A stretch of 62,157 nucleotides of DNA, counting the filler, from Rhabdomonas costata (lineage: Eukaryota): the NCBI GenBank assembly GCA_019059605.1. It is 32 parts of 32 records of this genome, joined end to end, with 100 filler letters (N's around TTAATTAATTAA, not from the genome) between each part and the next. Parts side by side here need not be neighbours in the genome. Positions count along the whole stretch, not along the records: positions 1 to 1,843 come from JAHMHO010008287.1; positions 1,944 to 3,788 come from JAHMHO010008288.1; positions 3,889 to 5,733 come from JAHMHO010008289.1; positions 5,834 to 7,680 come from JAHMHO010008290.1; positions 7,781 to 9,625 come from JAHMHO010008291.1; positions 9,726 to 11,625 come from JAHMHO010008292.1; 26 more parts are not named here. One strand, written 5' to 3'. Below, piece by piece: positions 1 to 10,289 of this stretch; position 1 is the stretch's first letter, and every line of letters begins with the position of its first letter. Below the pieces are notes generated by a model, which was given only the letters and a program-made list of their open reading frames with translations, was not told where the DNA came from and ran no database searches. Made by a program: the position numbers and the translations under genes.

Positions 1-699
1 GGTGGGGTTTTCCGCACGTTGCGGTTGGTTCTTTAAGAGGAATTCCACTGGATATTGGATCGCAACCCTTAGTCAGCTGCTTCACCTAAACACATACAAA
101 ATGCATGCGCCCGAGCCCTTGAGGAAAAAAAGGGTCTTGAAAAAAACAGAGACTCTGCAGAACAAAGCTGCATTATGTACACTAATTAGACTGAGTGCAG
201 TGACCCAACTCTGCAGTCGGCCGCACTCGGGTATATAGGTAGGTGGGTGGATGCGAATGGCGGCTGACAATGACAGCTTGCTTTTACTGGCCCACCTATG
301 AAGGTCAACTTTTTCTTTGGGACTCTCTGGGCAACCGTGTGCATCCAAAAAGTTGTATTGGGATCACAGCTCTGCTTCACCAGAGAGTGCAGAAAAACTC
401 ACCCATGATTGCCCCACAACAACATTCCCCAAACCCCACTGGGGATATTGACACTCGACTTCCGGCCGGAGTTGGTGTAATCATTTAAGTCTGCAAGGTT
501 CATCTAATTATATCCGCTGCGCAAGCGAATGCGCAAGTGAATTCTGCAGGGCCCTATCCTCAACCTTGCAACCTGACATCAAGAGTACACGTGGCGAAAC
601 CTGAACGACGGCATCCTGCGCAGTCAATGTATCTGCTGCATCACTCAGAGAGAGGATGTCTGCAGATCAGAGAGAGAGAGAGAGAGAATGAGATGATAC

Positions 700-1746
700 C
701 CCGTACATCTGCAGGCGCTGGCCCTTCTCAAACAGCGAGAGCTCGTCGTCGCCCAGGATCAGCTCTGCGGCGGCAGCCTTGTGCTCAGGCAGGCCCGAGG
801 TGGCGCTGAGGCGGTACTCCATCTCCACCGTGGTCGCCGGCATCCCCAGCCGGGACAGTAGCCCTGCCTTCCGCTCCGGACTCAGTACTCCCCTCTGCAG
901 GATGTCCTGCTTGAAGCGCTCCCTTTGGTTGGGAGGTTCGACATAACCGAAACCGATGGCATAACTATTTTCAAAGGCACTTTGAGCTGGCTTTCGCTTT
1001 CCTTCCCATGAAGAACAAAATATTGCAAGGCAAGACTTGTCAGAGGCCTTATCAAAAGCACAGTGCAATAGTGCGCCGACATTGATTTCAGTAGTCAAAG
1101 CCAACGCATCAAAAAACCCACGGGCGCAGCGGAAGCGTGAAGTCCGGCAAGCAAGCCTTCCTATCTTCTTCCCACATTGCGATCCGTCAGCAACTACCAA
1201 CCACAACCCGTACCGAAAAAGCCTAATCACTGTTCGCAGCACACACACCGCCTGCACCGAGCACTAAGTCTGCGATTGTCATCTTTCAGCTTCAGCCTCG
1301 ATGCGTTCGGTGCTGGTGGTGAATCTGGTCATGAGTGGTTTTCGGAAAGACTCTAAAGCGGACCCTCACAGCAAAAACGCAACGTTAGCACGACAAGACA
1401 TGTGGATACAATTCCGTGCGGGAACTCTTGGGAACCACACCTGTCGTTGTTCAGGACAAAATCCCACAAGTTGCCCTCGAGCAAAAACTCCAGGCGCTCC
1501 TCCAAAGCAATGTCCTGTCCCAAAATCTCAGCGACAAGGGCGTCCTTCTCAGGCGTCGGCAGGTCCTAAAAGTACACAAAGACGCAAAGCCAACCGAGTG
1601 TCATTCATTTATTAGCGGATTCGTTACCCGACTGAAACGCCTGAAACGACTGAAAAGCACACAGCCCATTTACCAAAAAGGATGATTCGCACCTCATCGG
1701 TGAGCTCCAGAAGCGCAAAGATGTCTGCTTTGCGCTGAGAGGTCAC
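700..1746 (-). CDS. Partial spliced gene, helical-repeat hypothetical protein (exons 1746-1693, 1565-1441, 922-700)
   Basis: Three exons join in frame via GT-AG introns (phases 0 and 2): VTSQRKADIFALLELTDE|DLPTPEKDALVAEILGQD...VLNNDR|ERFKQDILQRGVLSPERKAGLLSRLG...LILGDDELSLFEKGQRLQMYG. An internal repeat is visible; no family recognised. Confidence 0.75.
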
Positions 1747-1843
1747 CTGCAGATACATACAGAGCAGGACCCAAAGGCAATGCAAAGTGCAGAAGTGAGT
1801 CAAAGATAGCACTGAAGACTCACAGCACATGCCTTGTCATCGT

Positions 1844-1943
1844 NNNNNNNNNNNNNNNNNNNNNNNNNNNNNNNNNNNNNNNNNNNNTTAATTAATTAAN
1901 NNNNNNNNNNNNNNNNNNNNNNNNNNNNNNNNNNNNNNNNNNN
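1844..1943. other. Artificial contig-joining spacer (first of 31; recurs about every 1.94 kb up to about 60217-60316)
   Basis: N44 + TTAATTAATTAA (stops in all six frames) + N44, repeated identically, with unrelated sequence on either side. Confidence 0.99.
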
Positions 1944-3788
1944 GCCAGCCTTTCCGACACCCACCGCCGCTCCGCCGCCGCGCAGACCTGTCGGATGGCT
2001 CTTCCGGACAGCCCCTCGCTCTGTAGGCGTGCGTGTGAGAGGCGCGTGTCGTTCTCTATGGGTGGTTCTCTAAAAATCTCGCCTCCCGTGAGTTTCTTTC
2101 TGAAAAAAAAAGGGGCAGTCCAATGAGGTGTGAAGGTGTGAGTTGAGCAAGGTTCAACAGTAGGCTCCCGGGTGTACCAACGGGCAGATATGCAAGCGTG
2201 TACCCCATGGGCACTAATGCCTTGCAATCGCTGTGATCAGCGGACCTGTGCATTGCTTCTTCGCCAGGCCGAGTTCCTTTCCAAGTGGAAAACTGGGAAA
2301 GGGTAAACCGTCCCCCTGGAGCAAATGCACTTATTCGATTGCGCACAATGAAAACTGATGGAGAAGAGACAAGCCGAAGAAGTTGGTATTTCAATGTCGT
2401 GGACGGTGCGGTTCCGGGGGGAAGTGCTTGCGCCACGCCTCGCACCTGGGCCGCAAGTTTGTGGGTCTCCGCGGGGCTGAGCTGCCGCGCGTAGTACGCG
2501 AAGATGGAGGCCCGGTCGGCCTCGGACGGAAGCCCAAAGCTTACCGTGAGGTCAAAGCGGCTGAGCAGGGCACGGTCCACGTGCTCCCGGAGGTTCGTCG
2601 CACCCACCAGAAGCAGCCGAGTATCTGCCCCACCCCACACCTCCACTGCCGCAACCAACGCAGCTCACGCAGCACGAATATCACCGGATAGACCCGCACA
2701 GAATAAGCCTTGGAATTGGAGCGCAGCACCGAAAGAGCGGGCGCCGTGTGAGGGTGCATTGAGAGAAAGACGAGCGCCCGCGATAATGGAGTGTGACCTT
2801 GGAGTGTGTCCCGCAACTTATATTACCCCTCACCTTTGAAGGGGGAAGAGAGTGACCACAAGGTCAGTGGACGGATTCCTCCGGTGAAGCTCTTGACTGA
2901 AGCTATGGTCTTCCACGACTGACACACCGTGTGGTTGCTGTGTGAGCCCCTAGTTGCGTGCGAGAGGTGGGAGTTTGACGGGTGCCCAGCGGCTTGCGAA
3001 GCACGGGTCCCACTGCTTCTCAGCTTTTCTTTCTTTCCTCACCCCAGCCTGGCCTGATCCGCATCTTCCCATCTTCCAATGGCCCTCGAAGGAGCCCGGA
3101 ACAACATCAACAGGTCATCGTCATATCTTTGGCCCCCCCCCCCACCGCCCCCTCCCTCAGCCTTCTCTGAAGTAACCATCGGAATTTCGCTTATGGGGAT
3201 CTCCATGCGAGCATCCAGGCAGTATGCTGGGGACATCTTTTCTTCTCCTCCATCTTTCGGGTCCTCGGTTTCCCCCTTTCTTCTTCCCTCTCTGCCCTCA
3301 AAAATTCAAAATCGGAATCTCGCTCCTACCGTGGCTCAAGGAGACCCACCCCCGCTCAGACAGGCATGCCCTGAAACCCGTCGACGTACGTCAGCAGGAC
3401 GGAGAGCACCTTGCGGGTCTCGGGATGCATCATCTCCAGCCCACGGGAGGGCGCAATGGCGTCCAACTCGTCCAAGAAGACCAGCACGGGGAAACCCAGG
3501 ACCTCGCCCAGCTCTGCGCATGCGTCAGATCAGAAAAAAGAAAGAAACGTGAGAATACCGAGCACAATTAGGCACAAAATAAAAATGACCGCTGGTCGCA
3601 AGTTCGTAGAAAACCCCAACACGCAAACGTAAGCTCACCCTGCCTTTCCCTAGACCCAGTGGGAGTGATAGGATTCCTTCTAACACCCACACGCGCATAT
3701 GCCGTGGCATGCGTCGAAGATCTCCGCGAGGTTGCGCTCGGACTGCCCGTACCACATCGTGAACACCCGGGTGGGCTCCAGCACCACC
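1944..3788 (-). CDS. AAA+ ATPase, partial (exons 3788-3703, 3513-3370, 2624-2446, 2020-1944)
   Basis: Pore loop MWYGQSERNLAEIF, Walker B VLVFLDELD, sensor 1/SRH LVGATN..VDRALLSRFD and lid SEGLSGRAIRQVC. The exons join in frame. Confidence 0.93.
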
Positions 3789-4090
3789 NNNNNNNNNNNN
3801 NNNNNNNNNNNNNNNNNNNNNNNNNNNNNNNNTTAATTAATTAANNNNNNNNNNNNNNNNNNNNNNNNNNNNNNNNNNNNNNNNNNNNCCTCAAAGTTAT
3901 TTGAGGACACAATATTACCCGTCTCTAAAAGACGAAGGGGGAAGGGTATACTTTTACTTTTACTTTAATGGCTCAGAGATGCTCTGAGGAAATTGCTTTG
4001 AAACTTTTTCTTCGTTTTACGGAGTGTTAACGGCTGAAGGACAGGGGACCCCGTGAAAAAGGTCTTGCTCCGTGCGCACACAGGGCACAC

Positions 4091-5493
4091 CCCAAGTGCT
4101 CCAGCCCGAAGTATCCCGGCCGCAGGCAGCCCTGCACAATGGTGACGTGAGTGGTCTGGTACGTCACCAGAGGCACCCCTGTAGCGGCCCGTGGGGGCAG
4201 CTGCACAGGTGGCCCGCCATCACTGCGGTGGCCCGAGGGAAGCAGCGGGGCAGCCACAAAGACGGCGTCGAACGGGCCCTCCTCTGCTAAGGTGTCCCCC
4301 TCGAGAGTTCTCGCAACGCGAAGCAGAAACTTTCCTGCCGCAATGGTGCCCCCCCAGATGCATTCTGTGACTGAGCTACAAAGCAAATGGGTACTTGGGA
4401 TATTGGGATATCACACAGTAGGGTAGGAAAACGTCAGCCTTTTTCCCGACACAAGATGAAAAACTGATAGCAGCAGTTAGCCACCCAAAAACCAAACAAA
4501 AAGTGTCATGGCCTGTTCACGAGGGTCCGATTCAAGGAAAACGTCCTATACCTGTCCTGAGCTTCGGATAAGCGAGCAATGGAAAACCGGAAGACGGAGA
4601 GGGTAGCGTACTGTTCATGCAGACTGGATTCACTAGCTCCGGACGACTGAATCGAATTCCGAATTCATTTCAGAAGTCGCCCATTCAAAAACAATACGTT
4701 CAGAAAAAATTAAAAATGTCTCAGCTATCTGCTTCTATCTTTTTTGTGTGTTTTTGTTCCTATGATCGAAAATTAGATAATAAGGGCGAGTGCCCAAAGT
4801 CTGGGCCAGTCTGCATTTCGAAATTCATGATATGTGGGATGTGGGAGGGGAGGGGGGGTTTCGGATCCCCAAGCTTTTAATTGCAATGGAAACCACTGGT
4901 TCCCCCCACCCCTCTTTTTTCTCCGATAGCGGAGAGTGAGCACGCACCTGAGGCAGTCTCCTCGACGGCGTGAACCTCGGAGTGCAGTATGAGCTGGGCC
5001 TGAGAATGGGCCAGCAGGGCCTCACAGAGTCGACCATTGCCCCCAGCCACGCTGTACAGCCTACCCTGGGCCCCTTTCAGAGAGACCGCTCCGGCGAAGC
5101 CACTCATCACGGCGGGGGTCTGGCCGTAGTGATTTCGGTTCACCCCTGAGATAAGCTCATCAATCAGCTTTTGGCTGTAAACACCCGCCCGCTTCTTTCC
5201 ACCAAAAAACTAATGGGAGGGTGTCGAGGTTCAGCTGAAGAGGTTCCAGCGCATATCAAACGCCCCGCAATCGCACATATAAGAATGACAGGACGGTGGG
5301 TCAGCATCCCACAAGCAAACACTTCTGCCCCGAAGTCAAAAGAAGAGAACACAACTGTACGCAAAAATAAGGGGCAGAGATGAGACAGACACCTGACTCC
5401 ACGAGCCTGCCAAAACTCCTCCGCGCTGAGCTGAGTGGAGTTCCACAACCCTACGAGGTGATGCAAGGGATATGGTGCTGCCTCCAAACATCC
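4091..5493 (-). CDS. Prenylcysteine oxidase/lyase family, partial (exons about 5493-5393, 5174-4948, 4334-4091)
   Basis: GVSQKLIDELISGVNRNHYGQ...GFAGAVSL.GA...LYSVAGGN..LCEALL, then FDAVFVAAPL and YQTTHVTIVQG.L, match the PCYOX1 motif order as recalled. GT-AG junctions are in frame. Confidence 0.88.
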
Positions 5494-5833
5494 CTACGGT
5501 CGTTTGGAGGCAAAAGATTGTAAAAAAAAAAAGAGCTGCGATGACACTTGACTGAAAAGACAGAGCATCCAGCGTAATTTCAGAGATTCGGTGAGAGACA
5601 CCGACACAATTTATCTTGTAGTTGTCCCAGGATAAGTAAAACCGGCCAAACTTGGAATGGATCCAGGATCAGGGTTTCGGCATCTGATGCCTCGATCCCT
5701 CAACCTTTCCTCCGTCTCCTCCCCCACCACCCCNNNNNNNNNNNNNNNNNNNNNNNNNNNNNNNNNNNNNNNNNNNNTTAATTAATTAANNNNNNNNNNN
5801 NNNNNNNNNNNNNNNNNNNNNNNNNNNNNNNNN

Positions 5834-6545
5834 GGTTGTTTGTTAAACATGGTAGATTATTAAAGTGTATATCGATGATATTGATGTATGTAAAGAATTG
5901 ATTAAATTTAAAAGATAATTCATCTTAATTAGTTCGTTTTATTAAAGTTTTATTAAAAGAATATTAATAAAAAATTACTAATTCCACACCTCCAATATTA
6001 TTATATATTTTTGTGTAGTATGAAATACTAATTTTTAAATATAAAATAAAATATATTTATTTGTCAAAGGATGGAAATAATGATAAATTACTACATTGTT
6101 CTAATTTTAAAGGATATACTAAATATAAAATATTATAAAATGATTTCCTATTTTTAAATATATTTTCACATTCTTTATTATTATTTTCTTAACTATGATG
6201 CATGTGTTATTTTTAAAACTAAAATATTTTACAAGAATAAAAAAATGACAAGAAGATTTAATTTCATTGAATATATATTTACAATGTTGTATTACTAACT
6301 TATGAAGGAAATGAAGACATCTAAATCATTAAAATTAACACCTAATGATTTAACAACATTATCTGTATTATTTAGTTTAATTGCTATGTGATGTGCAACA
6401 AATATGATTTATTAAAATACAAAGAAATATGTGTAGGAATATTTTTATTTTCAATATTTAGTACATATGTTAGTACATTTAGTATGTCAAGAAAATATAT
6501 ACTGATAAATCGACAATGTCATTTTCTGCAAAACAAAATATTACA
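5834..6545 (+). pseudogene. Extremely AT-rich decayed coding-like DNA containing a CDP-alcohol phosphatidyltransferase-like fragment (6302-6391)
   Basis: Composition is unlike the other contigs. 6302-6391 reads MKEMKTSKSLKLTPNDLTTLSVLFSLIAM*, which carries the TPNxLTxxS N-terminal signature. There is no long ORF. Confidence 0.4.
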
Positions 6546-7019
6546 TAAGGCTAGCTCCACCCGGAATCTGAGATTAGTCTGTAACATTCCGAACAGAAGT
6601 CTTTTCACCCTGTTTTTAAGCCGCTGGTCTCAAAAATGTTGTACGTGGAGATGAGCGCAGCCCGAAGATGAGGTTTTGACCTGGGAGGCAAAATACGGTA
6701 ATGGAAAGGAGCTTTGCGCGCCTAAGGCGCGTGGATTTTTAGGAGTAAATCTCCAGTCCTTTCAGGCTTTTAGGTACACTGTGCAAAGGGGAAGTTTCGG
6801 CCTCAGGCTGTCGTTTTGAAGATGAAATAGACGTGTTTCGGGTGGACGCCGTGCACCTTCAACGCCAAACATCAGCCGACACACTGACTGCCCAGATTTA
6901 GTGCCGCTCAGCCCTAAACACAGTGCTTAAACTGCTCCGACGAATGTCTCAGTTTACGGTGGAGCCTACTATATATTCATAAAGATAATTAGATAATCCT
7001 TTCCAATTACTTTCTTGAA

Positions 7020-7680
7020 ATGTCGAAACCAAGTATCGATTTTTCTTTTCCTGGAAGTGGAAGTTGGGTGGATTGTGATGATAAATATATTAAAGAACAA
7101 CAAAAACTAATTGGTGAATTATATCAACAAAATGAACTATTGAAACATCAAATGGAACAGAAAATTAAGAAAATTGAAAAACTACAAGAACAACAAGTAA
7201 ATAAAAATGATTAGAAAATCAAAGAAGTACAAAAACAACTAGAACAGAAGGATCAAACAATAGAAAAATATAAAAAAAACAAATGAATAAACACAAAAAT
7301 AAGACAGAAAAACAACAGTCATCACAAACAGATGAATATTTAAATCAAATAGAAAAATGTAAGAAACAACTTAGTGAGAAAAATATGGAATTGGAAAAGT
7401 TGACGGATCTAAAAACAACAACAACAAAATAATAAGAATGAACAAATATAGTTGATCTTCAACATCAAATGGAACAGAAAATTAAGAAAATTGAAAAACT
7501 ACAAGAACAACAAGTAAATAAAAATGATTAGAAAATCAAAGAAGTACAAAAACAACTAGAACAGAAGGATCAAACAATAGAAAAATATAAAAAAAAACAA
7601 ATGAATAAACACAAAAATAAGACAGAAAAACAACAGTCATCACAAACAGATGAATATATAAATAAAATAGAAAAATGTAA
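7020..7680 (+). pseudogene. Disrupted K/Q/E-rich coiled-coil gene
   Basis: ORF 7020-7214 continues as coiled-coil sequence after TAG (KIKEVQKQLEQKDQTIEKYKK), followed by frameshifts in A-runs. Confidence 0.6.
7144..7680 (+). repeat. Direct duplication of about 220 bp (7144-7362 and 7461-7680)
   Basis: Near-identical copies that differ by A8 vs A9 and two substitutions near the end. The second copy runs to the contig end. Confidence 0.95.
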
Positions 7681-7780
7681 NNNNNNNNNNNNNNNNNNNN
7701 NNNNNNNNNNNNNNNNNNNNNNNNTTAATTAATTAANNNNNNNNNNNNNNNNNNNNNNNNNNNNNNNNNNNNNNNNNNNN

Positions 7781-9149
7781 GGGTGGGGTGAGCTTCTTCT
7801 GACTAGGTGGAGTCTGAGGGCGCTCTGATGGACAGTCCGGGGTAAGGTAAACTAGCGTGACCTTGTCCGGATTTTTTGGGAAATTCTTTTCCACCTCCCG
7901 AACGAGGAATCGGGACAACGGAGCGAAAGAACCTCGTCCTCCTCAGGGAAGTAGCTAAGTGGGGCCATGTACGCAGCCTGCGCGTTCTCAATGACAAAGT
8001 GAGTGGAGAAATAGGGCGTCGCAAAGGCTCGAATAACAAGCCCTTCCTCCACGCTAGTCAGAAGAAGCTCACCCCGACCAACTGGGCAAGAACTCTTCCC
8101 TGACGTACTACCATCCTCAGCAACTGCTGAGTATACGGAAAGCTTTCGCTCAAAAAAAATCAACTCATAATCATACGAGGTACCCGCAATGTGACCTTTC
8201 TCAAGTCCGGAATCACCAAGCGCCGTCCTAAGAACGTCGGTCAGGTCTACCCCCGGAAGCACCTCCTCAAGAAGAAGGTAGTGCCCGGGGTCATCCCGCT
8301 CCTCTCCAACCCATCGAGGCTTCGAGAAGTTCGGGTTTGCCGCAATCGCAAGCGATCGGCTCGCAGCCCGAAAGTCATACGTCGTGATCACCGTGCCCTC
8401 CCGGAAATGCGTCTGCGGCGCATGGCTCTGCGGACTCGGGAACAGCCATGCAATCACACGGTACACCGCTGCGGGCTTGCGGGCAAACTCCGGCGTCTTC
8501 GGAAGGTTCTCCAGCGCCCACGTCAGCACAACAACCGCAGGCATCACCAGCTCAACCGCAGCCGATGTCTTCCGCCCCGTGGGACGAAGCGTGCTGTTGA
8601 TGACGCGGTACGGCGCCAGTAGTGCGGCGTCCTCCTCCCCCGCCGTCCACCACCGGCACGTCGCAACCGCAAGCGCATCCCTCGGGTACCGCTCCCGCGC
8701 CCACTCCAGACACTGCTCCGCAAACAAAACCGCGTTCGCCGAGCCGCTGCTCACCAGCCGGCTCGCCGCAACCCGCAGCGGGTCAACATCCTCCAGGATG
8801 CTGCTGTGGGCCTGGAAGTGTGCGGAATAGCTCCGCTCCCATTCCTCGTCCCGGGTAACTGTGGCTCCAAAAGCCATCTCGATTAGATCTGAGAAAGGGG
8901 GAGATGCGAACAAAACCCCACGGAAGAAAGCATGACCACGGATCGCGACCTCTCCATAACGAAGAGTATCTGTGTGCAGGTATTTGTGTATTTGTGGGAG
9001 GGATGGCCAACCTGTGGAAGGGACAAAAGAACGTGTTATCGTCCTTTTCAAGCCCCGGCTCCTTTTGCGGTAGTAATGCCATGCGGCGATCACAAGAACC
9101 AAGGCTGAGACGAAACCCGCCACGGAAACCACAATGACCACCACAGTAT
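7781..9149 (-). CDS. Single-pass membrane protein with C-terminal ADP-ribosyltransferase (R-S-E clade) domain; 1-nt frameshift at about 7927
   Basis: TM VVVIVVSVAGFVSALVLVIAAW + basic HYYRKRSR. ART motifs appear in order: WWT...PYRVINSTLR, ALENLP, VYR, FRAASRS, FVI...MAPLSYFPEEDEVL. Adding one T restores EDEVLFAPLSRFLVREV. Confidence 0.8.
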
Positions 9150-10052
9150 CTGCGGATGAGAGCAGCTAAACGAGAGCAATGAGAAAGCAGCACGCTTGGC
9201 GTATAGATGCATGGGGGCTGGGCAATCATGCAACCAAGAGATTCTGAGTGAGGGAAAGCGCCCATGATGACATATGGTAAAGAAAGAACAGCGCCAGAGC
9301 CGAGACCGTCGTGATGTCCCACTCCTGAAATTCGAAGTAACCAAGCTTGTGCGGATGGGGCATTCAGGTGCTCGGTTGGATTCGCTCGAGAAAGCGTAGT
9401 CTACGTATATGTGTAATCTGTGTGTTTTGTAGCCCCATGCCCCAGCCCAATCGGCGTTGCATGGGCTACGCCCAACTCCCACCTGCGGCGGGGCGTATGC
9501 CACAGCACTCTTGGAAGCTGCAGCCGGGTGTCGCGCAAGGCGTGCTGGTGTTGAGTCGAACGTGGCCCGCGGGGCATTTGAAGGTGAGGCAGTAATCATT
9601 CTCTGTTGGGCGAAAAAAAACCACCNNNNNNNNNNNNNNNNNNNNNNNNNNNNNNNNNNNNNNNNNNNNTTAATTAATTAANNNNNNNNNNNNNNNNNNN
9701 NNNNNNNNNNNNNNNNNNNNNNNNNTGGGGACTGACTGGCGCACGCGCTGTTGGCCACGGGTGCTCGCGAGAGGTGCCGTTGGAGCGAACGGTGCCGTGG
9801 GGAACCGAAAACGGCTCACCACCAAACGTTCCACATCTGGTAACCTCCCTTCGCGCAGCTGCTCTTTTCCAGCGGCTACCTGCATTGCTCCATTGCGGCT
9901 CAGGTCTCTGCGACTCCACACTCCTTCCTTGGGGGGCTGGGGCCTTTTCTCGCGGGAACGGCCCTTGGGGCTTTTCTTTCGGATGGGTGAACGGGCAGCA
10001 CCGGTATCTGCAGGCGTCGCCGTGCCAGCACCTCGCTCTGTCTTTGCGGTAG

Positions 10053-10054
<2 letters not shown>

Positions 10055-10092
<38 letters not shown>

Positions 10093-10232
10093 ATGGGCAC
10101 GGCGCACACTCTCACCCCAATGCCCGTCGTGTCGTCCAGCACGAACAGCAGCACCGTCAACGCGCCGAAAAACCAACAGGTGTGCAGAACAAGCAGCACA
10201 AGGACACGCCACAGCACACCGCGCCAAGGCGC

Positions 10233-10276
<44 letters not shown>
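10055..10276. repeat. Two (GT)n microsatellites (about 10055-10090 and 10235-10276)
   Basis: Perfect dinucleotide runs. Confidence 0.95.
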
Positions 10277-10278
<2 letters not shown>

Positions 10279-10289
10279 TGTGGACATAC

